Assembly (NCBI GenBank): GCA_041855505.1
Contig: JBHAEI010000011.1
Location: 15,452-79,451 of the forward strand
From: Prevotella sp.
Lineage (GTDB): Bacteria; Bacteroidota; Bacteroidia; Bacteroidales; Bacteroidaceae
Direction of reading: 5' to 3'
Length of the DNA stretch: 64,000 nt
Positions 19,053 through 29,224 of the stretch are shown piece after piece (within the stretch, counting starts at the first letter, position 1; each line of letters starts with the position of its first letter). Below the pieces are notes generated by a model, which was given only the letters and a program-made list of their open reading frames with translations, was not told the origin of the DNA and did no database searches. Both the position numbers and the translations under genes were made by a program.

Positions 19053-21629
19053 TTATTTTAAAAGATAGGCAAGAATACCTCTCATGATTTTGTTTCTTAG
19101 ACTTGCATCTTTGATACATTCGATAGGGAACCCCATTGTAAAGGTAGAATAATCGGCACCTTGGTAGGCTATGGCAGCCGAGTTTCCATCGGCATATTGC
19201 ATTACGTTCAATCCGGAAGCGTCTGCCGCTGTCAGGTTATCCGGCGAATAAGCTCCATAATGTCGGCTGTTCATCTGGCGATAAATATCAAACGTCATGC
19301 CCAATCCGGACATTTGCTCATTATAGTTGTTCTGATTTGTGCCGGCATAAGCTACTTTTAAAGTTTGTGCCAGCCAATTTCTATCATCGTTTGTAAGCAT
19401 ATCCGATGCTATATAAGCACCGCTTACAAGTAGTTTGCCCCTGTGTTGTAGATAAGAAGTAAGTTGCTTCTTTAAAGAGGGGGTGAACGTCTTATAGTAA
19501 TATAAACTATGACCATCATCTTTTTGTAATCCAAAGGCCAAATCGACGAGGGCATATTTTGATAAATCTATCAGTCCGCCCTCGATGGCTTTGCTGCTAC
19601 AGCTGACGATGTTGTACTTTCCTGCCGACCTGATAGCTTCGGCATGCTCTCTGACATAGTCGAAATCGTTACCGGCAATCAACTTTCCTATAAGTTCTTC
19701 GCCACCATAGCCTAATGCTGTATAGCCCTCTTTCCCCATATAAGCCGTGTCGAAATTACTCTGACGCCCGGCCCATCCCAGTGTCGGACCATAGGTAACA
19801 CCGGGGTCGGCTTCAATATTAAAACCTTGTGCACCTATAGAATCGACTACTGCGGGTGATGATAAGCGGTGGAAGCCATTGACGACGAGCACGGTTTTTG
19901 AGGCTCCCGGCTGATAATAAGCAGATAAAACCTCGGAAGGAAAGCTCTCTCCCCCCCGGTTACAAGCCGTTACCTTAAAGTTGAATTGCTTGCCCGGCTC
20001 CAGCAGAATATCTATATAGCTTTGGGTAACATTCACGCCATTGTCGAAACCTCCTTTGTCTGTAGAGGTATAAACGTTGTAAGAAGTAGGAGCAGCCGAA
20101 GGCTCTGAAGAGTCTGTAACAGGTGTCCATTGTAAGCGTATTTTATTGGCTGCTATATAATCCATTCGGAAATGGGTTGGGGCTAATGGAGAAACCGTGT
20201 AGGATGTTCGATGAAGTCGTGCCTCATATTTCAGAATTGTCTTATAAATGGAGCGCGCCAATACAAATTTAAAGTTTGGGTCCTGTCCTAATTTTATATC
20301 GGGAAAGTTCTGATGCGACAGCGTTTCGATAATGGCCGAAGGCACATCGGGAAGACGTGTCTCGCTGTAATTTTTGTCCCATACCGATCTTGTCTGCCAA
20401 TTTAAGTGAAATGTACTGTTGATATCATTACGAACATTGTTCACCAATTCGGTAGCGAAAGTCTTGGAAACCGTTCGAGACAGGTGATCTCCTAAGTACT
20501 CATCGCCGGTTTGGGTCGTACAAATTCCCAACGTTCCTACGAAACTGCCATCAGCTTTATATCCGGCATCGCTATGAACTGCCAGCGACAGGTCGAACGG
20601 AACCTTGCCTCCTTTGCCTTCCGGTACGTATTCAGAGCCTGCTGCGAGCCAGTTTGTCATTAAAGAACGAACGTTGATATCGTCGTTATAGTCGTTGGTT
20701 CCATTACTTTTGCTTACCACATCACGGGGAGCGCCGGCCCACTGGGCATAGTAGCGGGCTCCCTCCAATGCACGAGGAAGACCACTTGTCCTGCCTCCAC
20801 GTGCTATATTTCCTCTACCTCCACCAAATCTTATAGCGTCGGCAGTAACAACTCCTCTATGACTACTGTGGTTGGTAAGTACGACAGAGTTCAGAATACT
20901 GGATCCTTTATCAAACTCGAAAGTTCCAAGATAGACCCATGTTCCACCTCCCATCTTTTGGTTTACCTTGAAGTGGGTCTCCTGTCCTTTATGGAAGACG
21001 ATGTATTCTGCATCATCTACACTCTTTTTCTCGGTCTGATAGCTTACATACACAGCGTATTTACCTGATTCCGGCAGGTAAGGCTGATAAGTAACAGAGC
21101 TTAACCTGTTATCTTTTTTACGGGCTTTTATCTTTCTTGCCGTTCCTGCTGTGAAAGGATTTTCTCCGTCAGTATAGGCCCCGGCATGATAGTTGAACCC
21201 AGCTTTATTGGTACTTCCCCATCGTTTTTTATCATTGTATTCTGAATAACCGTTCCTCGTATCATTATCTACTATTACTTCATTGGTTTGCCAATCGCGT
21301 TCTCTTGGTGAGAAAACAATGGCTCCCGCATTCTGTAGCATGGGTATCAAGTAGGGTAGGACGATGGCTTGAGTATATAAATCCTCTGTGGTAGAGAATA
21401 ATAAAGGACGTTGCCACTTCCATATTCCTTTGTTAATATCATAATATCGGCCATGAGAAGCCCATAGCGAGATGTGTCTTCCCTGCAACCCGTTGGTTAC
21501 TTTATTTGGTTTAGATGTATTAAGCGTCCATGGCTGGCCGTTGTATTCCGTTCTCCATGTCTGATTTTGAGCATTAACCGTAATTCCCGAAAGAAGTATT
21601 GTTAATGCTAAAAGCAAGTTTTTTTTCAT
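19053..21629 (-). CDS. Secreted multidomain protein: Amidase_3-like domain, golvesin/xanthan-lyase-like insert and FN3 domain
   Basis: Signal peptide; SHG...TTED...VHSDA...IIET zinc-amidase-like residues; GKYAVYVSY...ADAIRFGGG golvesin-like segment; FN3-like LQWTP...YNVY...FKVTACN. ATG at 21629 preferred. Confidence 0.7.
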   Translation of the reverse strand: MKKNLLLALTILLSGITVNAQNQTWRTEYNGQPWTLNTSKPNKVTNGLQGRHISLWASHGRYYDINKGIWKWQRPLLFSTTEDLYTQAIVLPYLIPMLQNAGAIVFSPRERDWQTNEVIVDNDTRNGYSEYNDKKRWGSTNKAGFNYHAGAYTDGENPFTAGTARKIKARKKDNRLSSVTYQPYLPESGKYAVYVSYQTEKKSVDDAEYIVFHKGQETHFKVNQKMGGGTWVYLGTFEFDKGSSILNSVVLTNHSSHRGVVTADAIRFGGGRGNIARGGRTSGLPRALEGARYYAQWAGAPRDVVSKSNGTNDYNDDINVRSLMTNWLAAGSEYVPEGKGGKVPFDLSLAVHSDAGYKADGSFVGTLGICTTQTGDEYLGDHLSRTVSKTFATELVNNVRNDINSTFHLNWQTRSVWDKNYSETRLPDVPSAIIETLSHQNFPDIKLGQDPNFKFVLARSIYKTILKYEARLHRTSYTVSPLAPTHFRMDYIAANKIRLQWTPVTDSSEPSAAPTSYNVYTSTDKGGFDNGVNVTQSYIDILLEPGKQFNFKVTACNRGGESFPSEVLSAYYQPGASKTVLVVNGFHRLSSPAVVDSIGAQGFNIEADPGVTYGPTLGWAGRQSNFDTAYMGKEGYTALGYGGEELIGKLIAGNDFDYVREHAEAIRSAGKYNIVSCSSKAIEGGLIDLSKYALVDLAFGLQKDDGHSLYYYKTFTPSLKKQLTSYLQHRGKLLVSGAYIASDMLTNDDRNWLAQTLKVAYAGTNQNNYNEQMSGLGMTFDIYRQMNSRHYGAYSPDNLTAADASGLNVMQYADGNSAAIAYQGADYSTFTMGFPIECIKDASLRNKIMRGILAYLLK

Positions 21630-21639
21630 GTTAATCTTT

Positions 21640-22188
21640 TTACTCAATCGTGAAATTCCCAGGGTTTTTACCTTGAAAATCCTTAAAATAAAGTTTTATC
21701 TCCTGCATATCCTTATCCACATCGCCGGACGGAATCATGATTTTGGTGCAATGGATAGTCTTTGTAGCATAGTCTAATCCATATAGTAGGATAGGCATGC
21801 CGGCCTTTTGTGCAATAAAATAAAATCCCTTTTTCCATTCGGAAGTCCTTGAGCGGGTACCTTCCGGAGTAACACATAGCTGGAAAGAGTCCGACTGAAG
21901 AGCCAAATCGGCAAGCCTATCGGTCATGCTTGTATGCTTGGAACGCCATACGGGAATTCCTCCCAGATGTTTGAACAAGATGCCAAAAGGCCAGAAAAAC
22001 CATTCTTTTTTCATTAAAAACTGGCTCTTCATGCCTTCGGCTTTGGCATACATCTGGCCTATTATAAAATCCCAGTTACTGGTGTGTGGGGCTAAACAGA
22101 TAATGTATTTCTGAGGAAGTTCTATGGTTATATCCAGCTTCCATCCTAACACTTTATATAAAAGCCACCTGTTAATTTTCTGAAACAT
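21640..22188 (-). CDS. 1-acyl-sn-glycerol-3-phosphate acyltransferase (PlsC-like)
   Basis: APHTSNWD (HxxxxD) and PEGTRS motifs. Confidence 0.88.
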   Translation of the reverse strand: MFQKINRWLLYKVLGWKLDITIELPQKYIICLAPHTSNWDFIIGQMYAKAEGMKSQFLMKKEWFFWPFGILFKHLGGIPVWRSKHTSMTDRLADLALQSDSFQLCVTPEGTRSRTSEWKKGFYFIAQKAGMPILLYGLDYATKTIHCTKIMIPSGDVDKDMQEIKLYFKDFQGKNPGNFTIE

Positions 22189-22198
22189 TCTTTTCTAT

Positions 22199-22471
22199 CT
22201 ATGCAAGATTACTGATTTGATCGATAATCTCGCCGGCTTCCTTATTAAAGTTTTCAATAAGATCTTTGAAATATACTTTTGGTTTCATTCCGGGCTCTAT
22301 ATGCGAAACCCTCCGAATATAATGGTCGTGCATCACAATGATAGATGCCAACAGAGCATCAACATTCTCAGCGTTATTCTTGTTGCCATATAATGATGCA
22401 GCAACTCCTTCTGCAAACAAGTCACTGGTAACATAGTTAATAGTGTGCTTTAAATCTCTTTTGTTGCTCAT
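22199..22471 (-). CDS. Hypothetical protein (90 aa)
   Basis: ATG start, lies 10 nt upstream of the acyltransferase gene and has its own upstream promoter-like box. Confidence 0.75.
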   Translation of the reverse strand: MSNKRDLKHTINYVTSDLFAEGVAASLYGNKNNAENVDALLASIIVMHDHYIRRVSHIEPGMKPKVYFKDLIENFNKEAGEIIDQISNLA

Positions 22472-22679
22472 AATTTTCGTTATTAATTAGTCTTTCGATT
22501 AAATCTAATATCGTTCAAAGATAAGAAAAAAATAAGAATCCATGAAATCATCATAAGAAAAATAGGTGTTATTTTCTTATTTTAATGTTTTTGCTTTTGA
22601 TTATCAGGGAAAACCCTTACTTTTGCAATTATAATATTAATTATTTTATTCTATAAAACAAATAAACATCAAATCATTT

Positions 22680-24323
22680 ATGGAAATTAGTGCATTGCAA
22701 AACGAAAGAGCTAACTATCAGCCTAAGTTGCCGGTAGCGCTCCAAGGTGCAGTAAAGGTAAAGGAAGGCGCTCCTACTCAGAGCGTGGACAATCAGGAAG
22801 ATATTAAGAAATTATTCCCAAACACTTACGGTATGCCTCTCGTTGAGTTCGAACCGGCTACAGAGGCTAACAGCAAAAAGATGAACGTTGGTGTAATTCT
22901 TTCCGGTGGTCAGGCTCCCGGCGGTCATAATGTAATTTCGGGTTTGTTCGATGAAATAAAGAAATTGAACCCCGAAAACCGACTATTTGGTTTCTTAATG
23001 GGTCCCGGTGGTTTGGTCGATCACAAATATATGGAGATTACGGCTGAGAATCTTCAAGCTTATCGTAATACCGGTGGTTTTGACATGATTGGTTCCGGTC
23101 GTACAAAGCTTGAGAAAGAAGACCAGTTCGAGAAAGGTTTAGAAATTATCCGTGAACTTGATATCAAGGCTATTGTTATTATTGGCGGCGATGACTCTAA
23201 TACAAATGCTTGTGTACTTGCAGAGTATTATGCAGCAAAACAATATGGAGTACAGGTAATCGGTTGCCCGAAGACCATCGATGGCGACTTGAAGAACGAC
23301 CAGATTGAGACTTCTTTCGGTTTTGATACAGCTACCAAAACATATGCTGAACTTATCGGTAATATCGAGCGTGACTGTAACTCTGCCCGTAAATACTGGC
23401 ACTTTATTAAGTTGATGGGACGTTCTGCCTCTCACATCGCTTTGGAATGCGCACTGCAAACACAGCCAAACATCTGTCTTATTTCAGAGGAAATCGAGGC
23501 TAAGGACCAGTCTTTGAACGAGATTGTTGAATCGATTGCCGAAGTTGTAGCTTACCGTGCCAGCCAAGGTAACAATTTCGGAGTCGTTCTTATCCCGGAA
23601 GGTCTTATCGAATTTGTTCCTGCTATCGGCCGCCTAATTCAGGAGTTGAACGACCTGTTGGCTGCTCATGGCGCAGAATATCTTAACCTCGACAAGGCAG
23701 CTCAGCGTGAATACATCTTGAATCACTTGTCGGCAGAGAACAAGAATACGTTCGAAACCCTTCCGGAGGGTGTTGCCCGTCAGCTTTCTCTCGACCGCGA
23801 CCCGCATGGAAATGTACAGGTTTCATTGATTGAGACCGAGAAACTGATTTCTGAAATGGTTGCAGCCAAGTTGGATCAGTGGAAGAAAGAAGGTAAGTAC
23901 GAGGGTAAATTTGCTCCACAGCACCACTTCTTCGGTTACGAAGGTCGTTGTGCAGCTCCTTCAAACTTCGATGCTGATTATTGCTATGCCTTGGGTTCTT
24001 CTGCTGCTCAGCTTATTGCCAATGGTAAGACCGGTTATATGGCAATCGTAAAGAATACTACAGCGGGCACCGATCAGTGGAAAGCAGGAGGTGTGCCTAT
24101 TACTATGATGATGAACATGGAGAAGCGTAATGGTGAGATGAAGCCTGTAATTCGTAAGGCTTTGGTCGAGCTGGAAGGCGCTCCTTTCAAGGCTTTCGCT
24201 GCTCAACGCGAGAAGTGGGCCAAGGAAACATGCTATGTTTATCCCGGTCCTATCCAGTATTGGGGTCCTTCTTCAGTATGTGATTTAACAACAAAGACAT
24301 TGATGCTGGAGCAATCTAAGTAA
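22680..24323 (+). CDS. pfp: Pyrophosphate-dependent phosphofructokinase (long clade)
   Basis: SGGQAPGGHN, GGDDSNT, PKTIDGD and MGRSASH motifs. The GGDD Asp is typical of PPi-dependent PFKs. Confidence 0.95.
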   Translation: MEISALQNERANYQPKLPVALQGAVKVKEGAPTQSVDNQEDIKKLFPNTYGMPLVEFEPATEANSKKMNVGVILSGGQAPGGHNVISGLFDEIKKLNPENRLFGFLMGPGGLVDHKYMEITAENLQAYRNTGGFDMIGSGRTKLEKEDQFEKGLEIIRELDIKAIVIIGGDDSNTNACVLAEYYAAKQYGVQVIGCPKTIDGDLKNDQIETSFGFDTATKTYAELIGNIERDCNSARKYWHFIKLMGRSASHIALECALQTQPNICLISEEIEAKDQSLNEIVESIAEVVAYRASQGNNFGVVLIPEGLIEFVPAIGRLIQELNDLLAAHGAEYLNLDKAAQREYILNHLSAENKNTFETLPEGVARQLSLDRDPHGNVQVSLIETEKLISEMVAAKLDQWKKEGKYEGKFAPQHHFFGYEGRCAAPSNFDADYCYALGSSAAQLIANGKTGYMAIVKNTTAGTDQWKAGGVPITMMMNMEKRNGEMKPVIRKALVELEGAPFKAFAAQREKWAKETCYVYPGPIQYWGPSSVCDLTTKTLMLEQSK

Positions 24324-24347
24324 CTCATGTCTATAATATGACAATTT

Positions 24348-24388
24348 AAGAAGAATGGGGCAATCTTTATTTACTCCATTCTTCTTTT
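24348..24388 (+). terminator. Intrinsic terminator after pfp
   Basis: AAGAAGAATGGGG...CTCCATTCTTCTT stem followed by Ts. Confidence 0.65.
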
Positions 24389-24446
24389 CTATAAAAATTA
24401 TATCTGAGAAACTATAGGAATAGATAAGACAGTGATATAACAACCT

Positions 24447-25316
24447 ATGTCAAAGGATACACCGAAAATATTCCGCCGATTGAAGCATATCATCAGGATA
24501 TTGCCACTCTGGGGTAAATGGACTCTGGGGATTGGTTTAGGTGTTATCTACACCTTATTGGTATATATCATGCTCGTATCTCCTACAGGTTTTCGTTGGC
24601 GAGCTATCTATGGTGAGCCTAATTATCCGAAGGGATTTAACATTCATGGTATCGATGTAAGCCGTTATCAAGGCACAATCAATTGGAATCGTCTTCGTAA
24701 TGCATTGGTGGATGGTAACCCTATTCGTTTCGTTATTATTAAATCTACGGAGGGCGATAGCCACTTGGATGTTAAGTTCAAGGAAAACTTCGTAAAAGCA
24801 AAGGAAAATGGCTTTATAAGAGGTGTTTATCACTTTTGGAGTAATGTGTCTTCAGCGCGCAGGCAAGCCTATTACTTTTTAGCTATGGTTAAGTTACAAC
24901 CCGGTGATTTGCCTCCTGTTTTGGATGTGGAAACGAAGCCTGCCAACTTATCTACCGAAGACTTTCAGCAGAATATCCTAACTTGGCTTCACATAGTAGA
25001 GGATAAATACCATGTGAAACCCATCATTTACACGTATTATAAATTCAAGACCCAATATCTGTCTGACCATCGCTTCGATGATTATCCCTATTGGATAGCT
25101 CATTATTATGTCCCCCAGATGGAGTACAAAGGGCGCTGGAAGCTGTGGCAACATACCGATGCCGGTCGTTTGCCGGGTATATCAGGATATGTAGATCTTA
25201 ATATTTATAATGGAAGCTATTACGATTTGCAACGTTTGTTAATACCTAAGAAGATTAATATCTTTGGAGAACCAGACAGCACCAGTTATGATTCACTCTC
25301 CGTTGATACTCTTTAA
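24447..25316 (+). CDS. GH25 lysozyme/muramidase with an N-terminal TM anchor
   Basis: GIDVSRYQG, IKSTEG, GVYHF, VLDVE (DxE) and WQHTD motifs. Confidence 0.9.
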   Translation: MSKDTPKIFRRLKHIIRILPLWGKWTLGIGLGVIYTLLVYIMLVSPTGFRWRAIYGEPNYPKGFNIHGIDVSRYQGTINWNRLRNALVDGNPIRFVIIKSTEGDSHLDVKFKENFVKAKENGFIRGVYHFWSNVSSARRQAYYFLAMVKLQPGDLPPVLDVETKPANLSTEDFQQNILTWLHIVEDKYHVKPIIYTYYKFKTQYLSDHRFDDYPYWIAHYYVPQMEYKGRWKLWQHTDAGRLPGISGYVDLNIYNGSYYDLQRLLIPKKINIFGEPDSTSYDSLSVDTL

Positions 25317-26115
25317 GATGAAGTTCGGTAGCTTTTTCCAGCAGGATAGGTGCATCGGCCTCGTAAAACCCACTAAGGATTAATATTCCATCATTGGTCA
25401 AAGCTTCCACGAAAGTGGCCATATCGTCGAGTAAAATATTCCTGTTTATGTTTGCCATCACCACATCAAATAGCCCATTGATGTGTGATAATACTTTTCT
25501 GTCGCCTTCATACACTTCTATCTTAACGTTGTTGAGAGCAGCATTATGCTTTGTATTCTCAACACTCCATTCGTCAATGTCGTATGCAATAACCTCTTCT
25601 GCGCCGAGCTTGGCAGCAGTAATCCCTAAAATACCCGTGCCACAACCACAATCGAGCACCCGCTTTGCCTCAATATTCATGTCGAATAGGGTTGTAACAA
25701 TCATTTGGGTTGTTTCATGTGTACCTGTTCCAAAGGCCTGCTTGGCATCTATAACAATATTGATAGGAGCTGTGCTTGTATTGGTGTCATGCACTTGTTC
25801 CTTGTTATAGCATGAGATAACGCATTTCCCTTCTATGATAATTGGATCAAAGCCCTGATTTTCCCATTCCTCGTTCCAGTTCTTATATTCTGCATCAGAC
25901 ATCTCATATCTGATATTCACGCCTTCTAAAGGAATATTATTCAAAGCCTCCTTCAGGCTGTCTTCATGAAATAAAGTGTCTTGACAATAGCCTATAAGGC
26001 CTTCTTCATTGTCGGTAAAAGACTCAAAGCCACATTCCCCCGCAAAAGCCATGATCAAATCCCTTGCGGTTTGAGAGTCAGGTGTAATATTAAATTTTAC
26101 TTGAATATACTTCAT
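25255..26115 (-). CDS. prmA: Ribosomal protein L11 methyltransferase
   Basis: AFGTGTHETT, VLDCGCGTGIL and ANIN motifs. Confidence 0.95.
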   Translation of the reverse strand: MKYIQVKFNITPDSQTARDLIMAFAGECGFESFTDNEEGLIGYCQDTLFHEDSLKEALNNIPLEGVNIRYEMSDAEYKNWNEEWENQGFDPIIIEGKCVISCYNKEQVHDTNTSTAPINIVIDAKQAFGTGTHETTQMIVTTLFDMNIEAKRVLDCGCGTGILGITAAKLGAEEVIAYDIDEWSVENTKHNAALNNVKIEVYEGDRKVLSHINGLFDVVMANINRNILLDDMATFVEALTNDGILILSGFYEADAPILLEKATELHLKEYQRRVNHNWCCLVLQRY

Positions 26116-26291
26116 AATGTTTAAATTATAGAATACAAAAGTATAAAAAATAGGGAAAACCTACAACGGATTAGGGAAAATCCGTATATTTGTACCTAAT
26201 TTATAGGTACTTTTGTGAAATAAAAACAAATAACCATTAGAAGATTGATATAGATATTCAAAATAATATAAAATAAATGAAGGGGATAATT

Positions 26292-27221
26292 ATGAAACGT
26301 AGCCTATTTCTTTCAGTCCTATTTGGCGCATTGCCATTGCTTTCGATGGCTCAGGATGACATGTATTTCACTCCATCCAAGAGTAATCAGGAATCCAGCA
26401 AAGAAACTGTAAAAGAAGCACCGTCTTATTATAGCGGCATTAAGAAAACCAATGATGCCTATAACCGACGTGGAGTCTTTCAAAGCTCTTATCAGGTTAT
26501 CGGTAAAGACTCATTGGGAAACGATATCATAGAGTATAAAAGCCTAAGCGGAACTACTCGTCGTGATACTGTTTATGGTGGTTTGCAACGTAAATATGAG
26601 GAGAGGGATGACTTTGCCTATAGTCGCAGAATGAGTCGTTTCGACGACTTCTATGGCTATTATGACCCATGGTTTGCAAGTTCATTTTATTATGGCGATC
26701 CGTTCTTCTATGACAGATGGCGATGGCGTTCATCGTTCTACTATGGCGGGTGGTACGATCCATGGTATTACAGTTCATTCTATGGAGGCTATCCGTATTA
26801 CTACTATGGCTCGCCTTATTACTATGCAGGCATAGGTTGGGGTTATCCTTGGTATTATGATTGGAGAGGATATTATCGCCCGTACCGTAATGTTTACTAC
26901 TATTACAATGGGCATACAGGTACGGCTAATCATTGGGGACGTCGTGCCGATAATACCTATCCATCAAATTCTTCTCGTGTATTTGGTACTCGTCGCCAGC
27001 GTACAACCCAAACTTTCCCGGAACGCTCTATGCAGGATTATCGAGATCGTTTCGCGGGCTCTAGAAGCATAGAAGCTCCTACTCGTACTTATTCTCAACC
27101 CAATTCCGGCTTTGGAAACACCTCTCGCGGTAGTTTTGGTGGAGGTAGTTTTGGAGGCTCTCGTGGCAGCTTTGGCACAGGAGGTGCCGGAGGAGGCGGT
27201 AGCTTTAGAGGTCGTCGATAA
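26292..27221 (+). CDS. Secreted Tyr/Trp-rich protein with a Gly/Ser/Arg-rich tail
   Basis: Signal peptide then QDDMYF; low-complexity Y/W/G core; C-terminal FGGGSFGG...RGRR. ATG at 26292 preferred. Confidence 0.75.
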   Translation: MKRSLFLSVLFGALPLLSMAQDDMYFTPSKSNQESSKETVKEAPSYYSGIKKTNDAYNRRGVFQSSYQVIGKDSLGNDIIEYKSLSGTTRRDTVYGGLQRKYEERDDFAYSRRMSRFDDFYGYYDPWFASSFYYGDPFFYDRWRWRSSFYYGGWYDPWYYSSFYGGYPYYYYGSPYYYAGIGWGYPWYYDWRGYYRPYRNVYYYYNGHTGTANHWGRRADNTYPSNSSRVFGTRRQRTTQTFPERSMQDYRDRFAGSRSIEAPTRTYSQPNSGFGNTSRGSFGGGSFGGSRGSFGTGGAGGGGSFRGRR

Positions 27222-27284
27222 ACCTTTTGAAGATACATCGAATGAAAGAAAAATATAATAAAGAAATATAGTATAGATACTAAT

Positions 27285-28934
27285 ATGAAAAAGAAGCATT
27301 TATTTTTTGCAGTAGCTCTTTTGGCAGCAATGTCGGCTAATGCGCAAGAAACTTATGAGAATGCACGCCTGACGGAACAGGATTTGAATGGTACTGCCCG
27401 TTACGTTGGTATGGGTGGTGCGCTCGATGCATTAGGAGCTGATATTTCAACTATCAGTAGCAACCCCGCCGGTCTGGGTCTTTTCCGTCATCACACTTTG
27501 AGCGTTAGCGGAGGCTTGTTGATGCAAAGCAATGCAACCAAGTTCAACGGTGATGGTAAGACGAATGTAAGTTTCGACCAAATCGGTGGCGTTTACTCTA
27601 CACGTACAGGCAAGAACTCTTATCTTAACTTTGGTTTCAATTACCATAAGAGTAAGAACTTCGACCAGATACTTAATGCAGCTGGTACTTTGAATGGCAG
27701 TTCATTAAACCGTCAAACCTATAACAAGGCATTGATAGGTAGAGAGGCTGATGGCGGTTTTTATGCAGCCAAGAATACAAAGGGCGAGTATAGCGGTTAT
27801 GTTGATGCAACAAGTAAGGATAACGCTTATACATTTAATCAGTTAGACTACATTAATATGAATGGTCTTGTAGCAGATGCCAATGGTGTCTTCGGCTATT
27901 TTGATGCAAAAGACTATGCGTACGACCGCTCTCAAAAGGGCTATATAGGCAATTATGATTTCAATATCAGCGGTAATATTCACGACCGTGTTTATCTTGG
28001 TGTTACTTTTGGTTTGAAAGATGTGCACTATAAGGCTTATAGCGAATACTCAGAAGGCTTTGTAAACAACTCTGCGGGCTATACTTGGGCTGGTTATACC
28101 AACTCTCAGAAGATTACCGGTACAGGTTTCGACGTAGCTGTAGGTGCTATTGTTCGTCCTGTTGAAGATTCTCCTTTCCGCATCGGTGCTTATGTAAAGA
28201 CACCGACATGGTACGATTTGACGACAACCAATACAACAGGGTTAACCATCGGTACAGCAAGTGGCAGAAATACACCGGGTGGAATCAGTAACTCTTATGA
28301 CTATAAGTTCTATACACCTTGGAAGTTTGGATTATCTCTTGGACACACGGTAGGTAACTACTTGGCTCTTGGAGCATCATGGGATTATGAGGATTACAGC
28401 CGTATTAACAGCCGTATTAATGATGGCGGTTCTTACGATTGGTTCTATGATGAGTATTATGAATCGTCGTCAGCCGACCATGTTATGAACAATCACACCA
28501 AGCATACACTGAAGGCTGTCAGCACTTTGAAATTAGGTGTAGAGTATAAGCCTGTAGAAAACCTTGCTCTTCGCTTTGGTTACAATTATGTAAGTCCGGC
28601 TTATAAAGAATCAGGTCAGAAAGATACACGTTTGGCATCATTGGGCAATGCTTATAGCTCTGATGCTTCTTATACAAATTGGAAAGCAACAAATCGTGTA
28701 ACGGTGGGTGTCGGTTATCAGATTAAGAAGTTTAATATTGATTTGGCTTATCAGTATAGTGCACAGAAAGGCGACTTCTATCCATTCTCCAGCTACAGTG
28801 CCCAGACGTTTACGACTCCTGCTGTTGGTACAACTCCAGCTTCTTCTGTTACAACGATTGCGAATGGTGCAACAGCAACAAGCGTAAAGAACAATCGAAG
28901 CCAGTTGCTATTAACCTTGGGTTATCGCTTGTAA
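27285..28934 (+). CDS. Outer-membrane beta-barrel, OmpP1/FadL/TodX-like (often annotated 'hemin receptor')
   Basis: Signal peptide; GTARYVGMGGALDALGADIS...NPAGLG FadL-type N terminus; alternating beta-strand pattern ending in LGYRL. Confidence 0.8.
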   Translation: MKKKHLFFAVALLAAMSANAQETYENARLTEQDLNGTARYVGMGGALDALGADISTISSNPAGLGLFRHHTLSVSGGLLMQSNATKFNGDGKTNVSFDQIGGVYSTRTGKNSYLNFGFNYHKSKNFDQILNAAGTLNGSSLNRQTYNKALIGREADGGFYAAKNTKGEYSGYVDATSKDNAYTFNQLDYINMNGLVADANGVFGYFDAKDYAYDRSQKGYIGNYDFNISGNIHDRVYLGVTFGLKDVHYKAYSEYSEGFVNNSAGYTWAGYTNSQKITGTGFDVAVGAIVRPVEDSPFRIGAYVKTPTWYDLTTTNTTGLTIGTASGRNTPGGISNSYDYKFYTPWKFGLSLGHTVGNYLALGASWDYEDYSRINSRINDGGSYDWFYDEYYESSSADHVMNNHTKHTLKAVSTLKLGVEYKPVENLALRFGYNYVSPAYKESGQKDTRLASLGNAYSSDASYTNWKATNRVTVGVGYQIKKFNIDLAYQYSAQKGDFYPFSSYSAQTFTTPAVGTTPASSVTTIANGATATSVKNNRSQLLLTLGYRL

Positions 28935-28977
28935 AGGAGCGTATAGTACAGTTTGAACTTTATATTATATCATTCTT

Positions 28978-29013
28978 AAACCTCTTGAAGCAAAACTTTC
29001 AAGAGGTTTTTTT
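28978..29013 (+). terminator. Intrinsic terminator
   Basis: AAACCTCTTGAA...TTCAAGAGGTTT followed by a T run. Confidence 0.8.
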
Positions 29014-29136
29014 ATGGATGTTATAGTAGTTTAGGACAAGCAAGATGGTTAAACAATGCAAATGTTAATTGCAGAGACGAGGAGTGTATTTGCCTCTTTG
29101 GGAAGTTTAAAAAATAATCAGGTTGAGACTGTTTTG

Positions 29137-29224
29137 TAAAACATGCTCTTTTGGAGACTAAATAGGCATCTTTAGCATGGTAAAAGAGCCTCTTTTACAG
29201 CGTAAAACATGCCCTTTTTTAAGT
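29137..29224. repeat. 22-bp-period array C (4 units)
   Basis: TAAAACATGCTCTTTTGGAGAC / TAAATAGGCATCTTTAGCATGG / TAAAAGAGCCTCTTTTACAGCG / TAAAACATGCCCTTTTTTAAGT. Confidence 0.78.

Noticed and set aside
28396-28419. 12-bp tandem repeat ACAGCCGTATTA twice in the barrel gene
   Set aside because: In frame, only two copies (SRIN-SRIN) and no evidence of phase variation.
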